Positions 6,034 to 13,506 of a stretch of DNA of 13,506 bases are shown in pieces; the first letter of the stretch is position 1, and every line of letters starts with the position of its first letter. Under the pieces are notes generated by a model that was not told the DNA's origin, did no database searches, and saw only the letters and a list, made by a program, of their open reading frames with translations. Source of the stretch: Candidatus Iainarchaeum sp. (GTDB lineage Archaea; Iainarchaeota; Iainarchaeia; Iainarchaeales; CSSED10-239); assembly GCA_937968065.1 (NCBI GenBank), contig CALBUD010000027.1, forward strand, positions 1 through 13,506, in the 5' to 3' direction. Position numbers and translations under genes: made by a program.

Positions 6034-8618
6034 TATTCATGGAAGAAATTAATGTTTTTTCCAAGATATGCTCTATCTGGAGAAAGCCCATCATCCCCAT
6101 AAACAAACTGAATAACTTGTCCATCAGCACTCTTAACAGATAAATCATCTTGAACAACAAGATCTTTTAAAGCATTTGAAAGTCTTCTATAAAGATATCC
6201 AGATACTTTTGTAGAAACACCTGTGTCAATTTCACCTTGTCTTCCACCTATTGAGTGTATAAAATATTCTTTAGGACTCATTCCATTATAAAAATTATTT
6301 TTTACAAAACCATAATCCATCAAAGCATTTGTTCCTAAAACATTAGAACTTAAAAGTCTATTTTTAAAACCATTCTTTGCTCTTCCTGTTCTTACAGTTA
6401 CTTGTCCCCAAAGACCAATAATGTTTACAACATTTAATAGTTTTCCTCTTGATCCTCCAACACTTGAAAGCATTGTTGTGTTATTATTAGATATTTTTCT
6501 ATCATCATACATCTCATTAAATTTTAAAAGTAAGATTTGATCAGAAATATAATCTTTTATTTGTGATGAGGCTGAAATCATTTCAAGTTCAAAAGTTTCA
6601 TCAAGATTTTTACCTGAAATTAATGGTAATGTTTTATTTTCATATTTTCTAACAATTCCATTTGTTGTTGTTATAAGTTCTTTTATTTTTTGATCAATTT
6701 CTGTTTTAAGATTATCTGGTGTCTTATACTCATCAAGTGCAATTGTTAAACCTTTCTTTGAAAGAGTATAAAAAACTAATTTTGAAAGCTTATAATAAAA
6801 TTCAGCTATAAAGTTTGAAGGATAGTGTCTTGATAAAACATCAATTAAGTTTTTTGAAGAAGTTGCTCTTTCATCAAAAACTCCAGAAATTAATTTTCCT
6901 TTTTCAACCTTAAAATAACAATCATATTTTTCAATATCTTTTTTTGTAACTTTTCCTTTTATTTTCTTAATAATAGTATACATTTTATTTTCATATTCAA
7001 GATTTAAGTCTTTTGGAAGAATTTGACTAAATATTAATTTTCCAGAATACTGTCCTCTTCCTCTATCTGCTTGTGGAAGTTCTGTAATACCTATAGAATA
7101 TAACATCTCCATAGCTTCTTTTTTTGAAAATTCAGTTGTGTTTTGTGTAAGTAAAAAACCACCTGATATTAAATCTTCTGTAGGTGTAATTATTGGTTTT
7201 CCATGTCTCATACTTAAGATATGATCATTTACCATTAAAAGATTTTTAATTTCTGAAACTGAAGATTCACTTTGTGGAACATGTATTTGCATTTCATCTC
7301 CATCAAAATCAGCATTATAAGGAGCACATGCAATAGGATTAAGTCTAAATGTTTTATCAGGTAATATTTTTATTTTATGCCCCATAATTGAAACTCTATG
7401 AAGAGTTGGTTGTCTATTAAAAATAACAATATCTCCATCTAACATTTTTCTTTTTGCAATAATACCTTCTTCTAAAGCATCTGCAATTTCTTGTTTATTT
7501 TCAGGAGTAACTATTCTTTTTCTATTATTTTTTGTAAGTAAATATTTAATCTTATCTTGCATAATATATTCTTTAATCTTTGAAATATTCCAAGAAGTTA
7601 CTCTTTCAGATAATGTTAAAGTATCTGCAACTTCTTGTGGAATACCAAGTTCATCAATAGCAATGTCTGTTGAAGGAGAAATTGTTGATCTTGAAGCAGA
7701 GTTAACTCTTTTTCCAATCAAGTTATATCTAAATCTTCCTTTTTTCCCTTTAAGTCTTTGAGCTAAAGTATTTAGTGCTCTTCCAGATCTGTGTTTTGCA
7801 GGTGGAACTCCTGCTGTGTTATTATCAAAATAAGTAGTAACATTATACTGTAAAAGATCCCATAAATCTTCAATAATTATTTGAGGAGCTCCAGCATTCA
7901 TATTTTCATGAAGTCTATTATTTATTCTAACTATGTTTAAAAGCATGTGTGTTAAATCATTTTCTGCAGTAACAACATTTTCTAAAGAAAGAGAAGGTCT
8001 TATAGAAACTGGAGGAACTGGTAAAACATTTAAAATAAACCATTGAGGTCTTAATTTTGCTGAATATCCAAACAAAAATAAATCTTGATCTTCAATTCTT
8101 AAGATCCAATCAAGAATATCTGAAGGATAAAGTCTTTCTCCATCTGCAAAAAAGTTTGTTGGTTTATCAAGAGATACTTTTGAAACATTAGCATTACAGT
8201 TTGGACATTTTTTTAAAGTTTTTGAAAAATCAATAATTAATTTTGCAATCTTATCTGGATGTTCTGAAAATCTAATAAGTTCATTTCTGTTTTCATTATT
8301 TAAAAGAAGTTTACCACATTCTTTACAAGTACATTGTAAAAGAGGAAATATTTTTTCTGTAAACTTTGGATGCATAACAGGTCTTGTAAGCTCTATATGT
8401 CCAAAGTGACCAGGACAATCTCTCATTCCATGTCCACAAGTCTTACATCTTAGACCAGGAGAAATTACACCTAAATGAAGATCCATGATTCCTCTTTCTA
8501 TAGGATATCCATCTTTATCATAAGTATCAGCTCTTGTAATTTCTACACCTGACATTTTTCTTATAACTTCTGGACTTAAAACTCCAAACTCAATTGATTT
8601 TATTTTTTTAACACTCAT
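6033..8618 (-). CDS. rpoA1: DNA-directed RNA polymerase subunit A' (Rpo1N)
   Basis: 861 aa. Zn motifs CKTCGHGMRDCPGHFGHIEL and CTCKECG...CPNC are present, as is the catalytic Mg-binding YNADFDGDEMQIH. The length is normal for archaeal A', with no intein-sized insertion. Confidence 0.97.
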   Translation of the reverse strand: MSVKKIKSIEFGVLSPEVIRKMSGVEITRADTYDKDGYPIERGIMDLHLGVISPGLRCKTCGHGMRDCPGHFGHIELTRPVMHPKFTEKIFPLLQCTCKECGKLLLNNENRNELIRFSEHPDKIAKLIIDFSKTLKKCPNCNANVSKVSLDKPTNFFADGERLYPSDILDWILRIEDQDLFLFGYSAKLRPQWFILNVLPVPPVSIRPSLSLENVVTAENDLTHMLLNIVRINNRLHENMNAGAPQIIIEDLWDLLQYNVTTYFDNNTAGVPPAKHRSGRALNTLAQRLKGKKGRFRYNLIGKRVNSASRSTISPSTDIAIDELGIPQEVADTLTLSERVTSWNISKIKEYIMQDKIKYLLTKNNRKRIVTPENKQEIADALEEGIIAKRKMLDGDIVIFNRQPTLHRVSIMGHKIKILPDKTFRLNPIACAPYNADFDGDEMQIHVPQSESSVSEIKNLLMVNDHILSMRHGKPIITPTEDLISGGFLLTQNTTEFSKKEAMEMLYSIGITELPQADRGRGQYSGKLIFSQILPKDLNLEYENKMYTIIKKIKGKVTKKDIEKYDCYFKVEKGKLISGVFDERATSSKNLIDVLSRHYPSNFIAEFYYKLSKLVFYTLSKKGLTIALDEYKTPDNLKTEIDQKIKELITTTNGIVRKYENKTLPLISGKNLDETFELEMISASSQIKDYISDQILLLKFNEMYDDRKISNNNTTMLSSVGGSRGKLLNVVNIIGLWGQVTVRTGRAKNGFKNRLLSSNVLGTNALMDYGFVKNNFYNGMSPKEYFIHSIGGRQGEIDTGVSTKVSGYLYRRLSNALKDLVVQDDLSVKSADGQVIQFVYGDDGLSPDRAYLGKNINFFHE

Positions 8619-8683
8619 AATAAATCTTTCTTTTTTTTATAAATAATTTTTTGTTTTTTATTTTTTAAAAACAAAAGTTTTAG

Positions 8684-10498
8684 TTATATCTTATCTCCAA
8701 TCTCAAGTTTTGGATATACACCTAAAGCTTTAAGTTCATCTAAAAGAAGCTTAAAACCATAACTAATTTTTATTTTTTCAATATTTCCATTAGGGCATGT
8801 TGGACAATATTTTCTATTTCTTATCTTATCATCAATTGCAACCATACCACAATCTGAACAAACATAAATCTCAAGTTCATCTGCAGAGTCAATTAATTTT
8901 TCATGTAAAAGCATAGCTGAACCATGAGCAATCAAAGCATCTCCTTCCATTTCTCCAAATCTTAGTCCACCACCTTTTTCTTTACCTTCGGTTGGTTGTC
9001 TTGTTAAAAGTTGGATTGAACCAGTGTCTCTTGATTGTATCTTGTTTGTTACAACATGGTAAAGTCTTTTAAAAGAAACTGGACCTACAAAAATAGGCAT
9101 TTCTATTTTTTCACCAGTTGCTCCATCATAAAAGGTTTCTTTACCATCTTCTCTAAAACCAAATTCTTTTAAAGTTTCTAAAATATTTTCTTTATCAATA
9201 TAAAATGGAGTTCCATCAATAATTTCTGCTTTTAAAGATGCTGCTTTTCCAGCAATTGTTTCAAGAAGATGACCAACAGTCATTCTTGAAGGTATTGAGT
9301 GAGGATTAAGTAAAAAATCAGGTTTCATACCACTTGAGGTAAAAGGCATATCTTCTTCATTAATAACAGCACCAATAACTCCTTTCTGTCCATGATTTGA
9401 ACAAAATTTATCTCCTGTTTGTGGTATAAGTTCAGTTCTTATCTTTACTTTACAGATTTTTGTACCACCTATGTTTTGAGATAACATAACTTTATCAACA
9501 TATCCTTTAAGATGTTTTCTTGCAGTTACAGAAGCTTCTCTTCTCTCTTCAGAAACAACCCCATATTCAGATATTTCTTCAACAAATCTTGGAGGAGAGG
9601 ACATTCCAATAACAACTCCACCTTCTTCTACAAATGATTCAACATTTGTAATTCCATCCATTCCTAAATTTTTATAAAAATCTTCTCCTCTAAAACCAAC
9701 TATTTTTTCATCAGGAACAATAAATTCATCTGATTGACCTGAAGGATATCTATTCTCTTGAGCTGAATAAGTTCTATAATAAGAGGATCTTCCAACAGCT
9801 CTTTCAACTGAACCTTTATTAATAATTATAGCATCTGTCATATTAAATCCTTTAAAAGGCATAATAGCAACAACTGCATTTTGAGACATTGGTCTTCTAT
9901 GAGCTTGGATTAATTGTTCTGTTCTTGTTGTAACTAAAGTTCTTTGAGGGTAATATAAAACATGCATTTCTGTATCAAATCTATTTCTGTAATTTGCAGA
10001 AGGAATACCAACTCCTTGTTTAAAAACTTTAGCACCATGTATAGCTTTTCCTGCCATGTTGTGATTTATGAAAGGTATCATTGAAGAAATAACACTAAAG
10101 ATAGCAGTTCCTGAAATTTCTAAATGAGTATGATCAGGAGTTATTTCTTTTTCATTTAAAGCAACTAAAGCATTTTCTTCTTCTTCAGAATCAAGATATT
10201 CAATAATTCCATCTTTTATTAAATCATCCCAAGTAATTTTTTCTTCTTTAACATCTTTTAAAATATCTGCAGTAAGTTTTGATTTTCCATTTTCAAGAAT
10301 GATTAATGGTCTTTGTACTCTTCCACTATCAGTGCTAATATACACTTCATTTGTTTCTTGGTTAAAAGCTACATTTACTTGATCATCAACCTCTCCTTTT
10401 CTTCTTTTTTTTAAAACATCTTGTTTTAATTTTGAAGGGTTGTTATGAAAACCAACTAAACTTCCGTTTATATATACTTTACTTTTATTAATAGACAT
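8684..10498 (-). CDS. rpoB1: DNA-directed RNA polymerase subunit B' (Rpo2C, C-terminal half of split B)
   Basis: 604 aa. Conserved GDKF.S.HGQKGV, PDFLLNPHSIPSRMT.GHL, RFGEMEGDAL.AHG, and the C-terminal Zn ribbon CSDCG...CPTC. GTGA SD is 6 nt upstream. Confidence 0.97.
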   Translation of the reverse strand: MSINKSKVYINGSLVGFHNNPSKLKQDVLKKRRKGEVDDQVNVAFNQETNEVYISTDSGRVQRPLIILENGKSKLTADILKDVKEEKITWDDLIKDGIIEYLDSEEEENALVALNEKEITPDHTHLEISGTAIFSVISSMIPFINHNMAGKAIHGAKVFKQGVGIPSANYRNRFDTEMHVLYYPQRTLVTTRTEQLIQAHRRPMSQNAVVAIMPFKGFNMTDAIIINKGSVERAVGRSSYYRTYSAQENRYPSGQSDEFIVPDEKIVGFRGEDFYKNLGMDGITNVESFVEEGGVVIGMSSPPRFVEEISEYGVVSEERREASVTARKHLKGYVDKVMLSQNIGGTKICKVKIRTELIPQTGDKFCSNHGQKGVIGAVINEEDMPFTSSGMKPDFLLNPHSIPSRMTVGHLLETIAGKAASLKAEIIDGTPFYIDKENILETLKEFGFREDGKETFYDGATGEKIEMPIFVGPVSFKRLYHVVTNKIQSRDTGSIQLLTRQPTEGKEKGGGLRFGEMEGDALIAHGSAMLLHEKLIDSADELEIYVCSDCGMVAIDDKIRNRKYCPTCPNGNIEKIKISYGFKLLLDELKALGVYPKLEIGDKI

Positions 10499-10517
10499 AA
10501 ATCTTCACAATTTAGAA

Positions 10518-11972
10518 TTATAATTTTATTTCTTCAATATCAACTATTTTTAAAATATTTTCAGTTCTTACATCTGTTGTAATTCTTGAAAGAATTGAAA
10601 GGTTTTTTGAAAGACCACAGTTTGGTCCATCAGGTGTTTCAACAGGACACAATCTTCCCCAGTGAGTTCCATGAACATCTCTTGCTTCATAAAGCTCTCT
10701 TTGAGAATCAAGTGTTGATTTTACTTTTCTTAAGTTTGTTAAGGGTGCAATAAAGTTTACTCTATCCATGAAAGTACAAACTCCAGTAACATTTGCAACC
10801 CAAGTTCCTGTACTTACAGCAAATTTTATTCTTTCAGAAATTGCATCTGGTCTTATAACTGTTGTTATGTTTAATTTTCTATGTCTTGAAATTGTTCTAT
10901 CTATCTGGAATTTTAAATCATTTACAAAATGTTTAAAAGAATATCTAAATAGATTTTCCATAAGTTTTCCTGAAAGTTCAAGTCTTTTGTTTGAATAATG
11001 ATCTTTATCTTCATCTTCTCTTAACTTATAAATTTTTTCAATAATTTTTGTTGTCATGGTAACAAGATAAAAAGCTTTTGCTGCTCTATCTTTTTTACTT
11101 TGACCTATGTGTGGTAAAAGAAAAGAATCAATAACTTCTTGTGCTCTTCTAAGTCTATAGCTTTGTGTTTGAGAAGGTGCAACTGCTTTTCCAATTTTAT
11201 CTAAAGCTTCTTGTTCTGTTGTACATCCTATTTTATCTATATTTAATAATATTTCATTATTTATAACTTTTTCATCAGAGAAAAGTTCTAGAATATCTTT
11301 AGGTTTTGTTATACCTAAAGCATTTAATAGTTCAATTAAAGCAAGTTTTCTTGGTGAAGACGGAAAAGAAATGTACATTAATCCTTCTAGGTTTCTTTCA
11401 ATTTTTACTTTTCCTTTAAAAGCTCCTTTTACAGAGATTACTTGTGCTTTTACAATTCCTGAAACTTCATTTATTAAGATTCTATCAAGTGCTAAAACTT
11501 CTTGTGTAATAAGTGCTTTTTCAGAACCATTTATTATAAAATAGCCTCCAAAATCTAAAGGGTCTTCTCCTTGTTCTATTAAATCTTCTTCTAAAAGTCC
11601 ATGTAAGTTACAGTGTTTTGATTTTACTAAGATAGGAACTTCTCCTACATATGTTCTTTTTTCATCTATAAGAACATCTTTTCTATAAAGTTTAATATCA
11701 AGATAAATAGAACCAGAATAATTCATGTTTCTTTGTCTTGCTTCCATTGGTGTAAGTCTTACTCTTGCACTTCTGTCTGCTTCAACAATCTCTGGTTTAA
11801 AAATTTCTACGTTTTCAAGTTTTATTTTTACATTGTTGTTACATTCAATATTTGAATATTCTTCAATAATTTCTGGAATCTTCTCCTCAATAAATTGATC
11901 AAAAGATTTTAATATTTGATCGATTGGTCCTGCGGACTTATAATAAGATTCAATTAATGGCCAATTATCCAT
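10518..11972 (-). CDS. rpoB2: DNA-directed RNA polymerase subunit B'' (Rpo2N, N-terminal half of split B)
   Basis: 484 aa. Conserved GGYFIINGSEKALITQE and C-terminal DVHGTHWGRLCPVETPDGPNCGL.KNL. GTGA SD is 6 nt upstream. The break point is in the usual place for archaea with a split B subunit. Confidence 0.97.
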   Translation of the reverse strand: MDNWPLIESYYKSAGPIDQILKSFDQFIEEKIPEIIEEYSNIECNNNVKIKLENVEIFKPEIVEADRSARVRLTPMEARQRNMNYSGSIYLDIKLYRKDVLIDEKRTYVGEVPILVKSKHCNLHGLLEEDLIEQGEDPLDFGGYFIINGSEKALITQEVLALDRILINEVSGIVKAQVISVKGAFKGKVKIERNLEGLMYISFPSSPRKLALIELLNALGITKPKDILELFSDEKVINNEILLNIDKIGCTTEQEALDKIGKAVAPSQTQSYRLRRAQEVIDSFLLPHIGQSKKDRAAKAFYLVTMTTKIIEKIYKLREDEDKDHYSNKRLELSGKLMENLFRYSFKHFVNDLKFQIDRTISRHRKLNITTVIRPDAISERIKFAVSTGTWVANVTGVCTFMDRVNFIAPLTNLRKVKSTLDSQRELYEARDVHGTHWGRLCPVETPDGPNCGLSKNLSILSRITTDVRTENILKIVDIEEIKL

Positions 11973-12067
11973 TTATAATCACATTTGTTTTTTTTTTTAA
12001 TAATTTTTTTTGATGTTATTTAAAATTTGTTTTTAAAAAAAGATAACAATTAAATAAATTAGAAAAA

Positions 12068-12409
12068 CTATTCATCATTAATAACTTTTCTATAATAATT
12101 AATATCTCCAATAATTTCGTTTTTTCTTTTAATTTTTATAACATCTCCAGATTTTACTTCAAGATGTCTTATAGCTGCATCAGAAATTGAGATAAAAGGT
12201 AATTTTTCTATAGCTATATCTTTTAAAAGTAATTCAGCTAGATCTTTTTCTGTTGCAAGAGTGTGTTCAGGAATAAAGTTGTGTACAACTTCATCTTTTA
12301 ATCTTCTTTGTCTTCTTGTTTTTCTAACTTTCTTCTTTTTTTTATCAGTTTCTTCTACATCTTCTTCTTTTAAAGAATCTTCTTCCATTATAAAATTTTC
12401 GTCATCCAA
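12068..12409 (-). CDS. rpoH: DNA-directed RNA polymerase subunit H (Rpo5) with a ~40-aa charged N-terminal extension
   Basis: The C-terminal ~70 aa match RpoH (HNFIPEHTLATEKDLAELL....IEKLPFISISDAAIRHLEVKSGDVIKIKRKNEIIGDINYYRKVI). The start is probably TTG at 12409, which has a GGGTG SD (reverse of 12417-12421) 7 nt upstream. The first ATG (12388) has no SD. Confidence 0.9.
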   Translation of the reverse strand: MDDENFIMEEDSLKEEDVEETDKKKKKVRKTRRQRRLKDEVVHNFIPEHTLATEKDLAELLLKDIAIEKLPFISISDAAIRHLEVKSGDVIKIKRKNEIIGDINYYRKVINDE

Positions 12410-12740
12410 GATTAAACACCCATTTATTAAATAATAAAATTATAGCTCTTTTTAAAAGTTAAGTTTTTTGAAAATAAATGCAGAATAATATTTAAATAAT
12501 CTGATAAATATATAATATATTTTTTAAAAATATTTTTTGGTACAGATAAATAGAGAGATGATAATAAGAGCATATAGTAATTAGAGAGCAAAAGTTTTTT
12601 AAAGAGATGTGTTTTTCCCTCTTAAATTTTCTTTAAAAAGAACATATATACTATATCTTTTTATACCTAAACTTTTAAATAACTTACCTTACATTATATT
12701 TATATATTTTATATTTATAGGAGAAAATGTGTGATAAAAA
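12410..12740. promoter_or_regulatory. Divergent intergenic/promoter region between the rpoH cluster and the KaiC-like gene
   Basis: 331 bp non-coding spacer between divergently oriented genes, with multiple TATA-like boxes on both strands. SDs lie at both ends (GGGTG for rpoH; GTGA at 12731-12734, 6 nt before ATG 12741). It contains a cluster of AGAG-core motifs at 12551-12610. Confidence 0.4.
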
Positions 12741-13451
12741 ATGGATAGAGTTCCAACAGGTGTTTTAGGTTTTGATGAATTAATAAACGGAGGAATTCCA
12801 AGAGGAGCAAGCATTCTTGTTTCTGGAGGAGCTGGTTCTGCAAAAACTATTTTTGCAACAACTTTTATATATGAAGGTGCAAGAAAATATGGAGAAGCAG
12901 GACTTTTTGTAACTGTTGAAGATAATCTTAAAAATATTGTTTGGAACATGGAAAACTTTGGATGGGATATTAAATCTTTAGAACAAAGAAATTTAATGAA
13001 GATATATAGAATGCATATTGATCCAAGAAAACCAATAGAACCACAAATAGATAAAGAACTTGATATTATAACTTCTATGGTTAAAGATATTGGTGCAAAA
13101 AGACTTGTTATTGATTCTACAACAGCTTTTTCTGCATGGATAACTGATACAGGAAAATTAAGAAATCTTTTGTTTAGATTTTCAGATTATTTAAAAGATC
13201 TTGATTGTACAACAATTTTAACAGCTGAAACCTCTGGTGGACCACATGCTTTTTCTGCATTTGGTGTTGAAGAATTTGTTGTTGATGGGATATTTATGTT
13301 ATATTTCATACCTCCACATAGATCAATCTTTATAAGAAAGCTTAGAGGTACAAAACATGATCAAAGAATACACCCTTTGTTTATAACTTCTAAAGGAATT
13401 GAGATTAATCCTAATGATGAAATTATGTGGTCTTCAATTAAACAATATTAG
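12741..13451 (+). CDS. Single-domain KaiC-like / RecA-superfamily ATPase (COG0467-type)
   Basis: 236 aa. N-terminal signature VPTGVLGFDELINGGIPRGASILVSGGAGSAKTIFATTFIYEG (KaiC/RadA-type P-loop region), FVTVED, Walker B-like KRLVIDSTTAF, and C-terminal HRSIFIRKLRGTKHDQRIHPLFITSKGIEI, typical of archaeal KaiC homologues. GTGA SD is 6 nt upstream. Confidence 0.85.
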   Translation: MDRVPTGVLGFDELINGGIPRGASILVSGGAGSAKTIFATTFIYEGARKYGEAGLFVTVEDNLKNIVWNMENFGWDIKSLEQRNLMKIYRMHIDPRKPIEPQIDKELDIITSMVKDIGAKRLVIDSTTAFSAWITDTGKLRNLLFRFSDYLKDLDCTTILTAETSGGPHAFSAFGVEEFVVDGIFMLYFIPPHRSIFIRKLRGTKHDQRIHPLFITSKGIEINPNDEIMWSSIKQY

Positions 13452-13506
13452 AGCCCTTTTAGAAAAAGTGCTTCACCCCAAAAGAGCCCTTTTAGAAAAA
13501 GTGCTT
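13450..13506. repeat. Two identical 24-nt direct repeats (period 33 nt), truncated by the window end
   Basis: AGAGCCCTTTTAGAAAAAGTGCTT occurs at 13450-13473 and again at 13483-13506, separated by CACCCCAAA. Each copy can fold: CTTTT/AAAAG with loop AGA, plus outer AGC/GCT around one mismatch. The first copy overlaps the TAG of the KaiC-like gene. Confidence 0.7.

Noticed and set aside
5934-6143. 69-aa plus-strand ORF spanning the rpoA'/rpoA'' junction
   Set aside because: It overlaps the ends of two real genes on the opposite strand and the intergenic hairpin. It has no start context or recognisable sequence, so it is spurious.
8648-8677. Inverted repeat TTTTGTTTTT / AAAAACAAAA in the rpoB'-rpoA' spacer
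   Set aside because: The stem is almost pure A/T with a single G-C pair, within homopolymer-rich low-complexity sequence. Such matches are expected by chance at this base composition.
10768-10998. 76-aa plus-strand ORF antisense to rpoB''
   Set aside because: It is a shadow ORF inside a conserved gene.
6033-11972. Inteins or large insertions in RNAP subunits
   Set aside because: The A' (861 aa), B' (604 aa) and B'' (484 aa) lengths are typical, and the catalytic and Zn motifs are contiguous. There is no intein-like block.
12410-12740. Hidden tRNA or small structured RNA in the 331-bp divergent spacer
   Set aside because: I find no acceptor-stem or T-loop (GTTCRANYC-like) features, no box C/D (RUGAUGA...CUGA) pair, and no stable G-C-containing helices. 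There are only short A/T palindromes and the AGAG motifs reported separately.
12689-12949. 86-aa minus-strand ORF overlapping the start of the KaiC-like gene
   Set aside because: It overlaps the conserved P-loop region of the plus-strand KaiC-like CDS, which has clear family signatures. The minus-strand product has none.
13450-13506. Possible start of a CRISPR array
   Set aside because: The repeats are separated by only 9 nt (33-nt period), far shorter than CRISPR spacers. Only two copies are visible and no cas genes are present in the window.
1-13506. Alternative genetic code (TGA or TAG reassignment)
   Set aside because: All conserved genes are open and full length under the standard code, with Trp encoded by TGG. 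No in-frame TGA or TAG interrupts any conserved protein. The single TGA sits at a plausible gene end.

Overview
This window is a very AT-rich archaeal chromosomal segment. Nearly all of it is the conserved RNA-polymerase / ribosomal-protein ('rpo-str') supercluster on the minus strand. The order is rpoH, rpoB'' (Rpo2N), rpoB' (Rpo2C), rpoA' (Rpo1N), rpoA'' (Rpo1C), rpl30e, [85-aa basic ORF where nusA normally sits], rps12, rps7, [three-gene insertion], then the 5' end of aEF-2 (fusA). The fusA fragment runs off the left edge; I translated it by hand because it is not in the ORF track. A single-domain KaiC/RecA-superfamily ATPase is transcribed divergently on the plus strand at the right end. 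It is followed by a GC-richer 24-nt direct repeat cut by the window edge. The split B and A subunits, the gene order, and G(G)TGA Shine-Dalgarno boxes 5-9 nt upstream of most starts make the archaeal assignment secure. The AT-richness, lysine-rich divergent proteins and missing nusA suggest a reduced-genome lineage (DPANN-like), but that is inference only. I see no rRNA, tRNA, CRISPR array, transposase or integrase, and no recognisable defence system. The unusual points are all departures from the canonical cluster: (1) a 2-kb cassette between rps7 and fusA holding two mutually related lysine-rich unknown proteins plus a class I SAM methyltransferase; (2) the nusA slot filled by an 85-aa basic ORF that is in frame with rpl30e across the only TGA stop in the window; (3) low-complexity charged extensions on L30e and RpoH; (4) an isolated GC-rich hairpin exactly at the rpoA' stop codon; (5) a KaiC-like ATPase with an AKT rather than GKT P-loop; (6) the terminal repeat.
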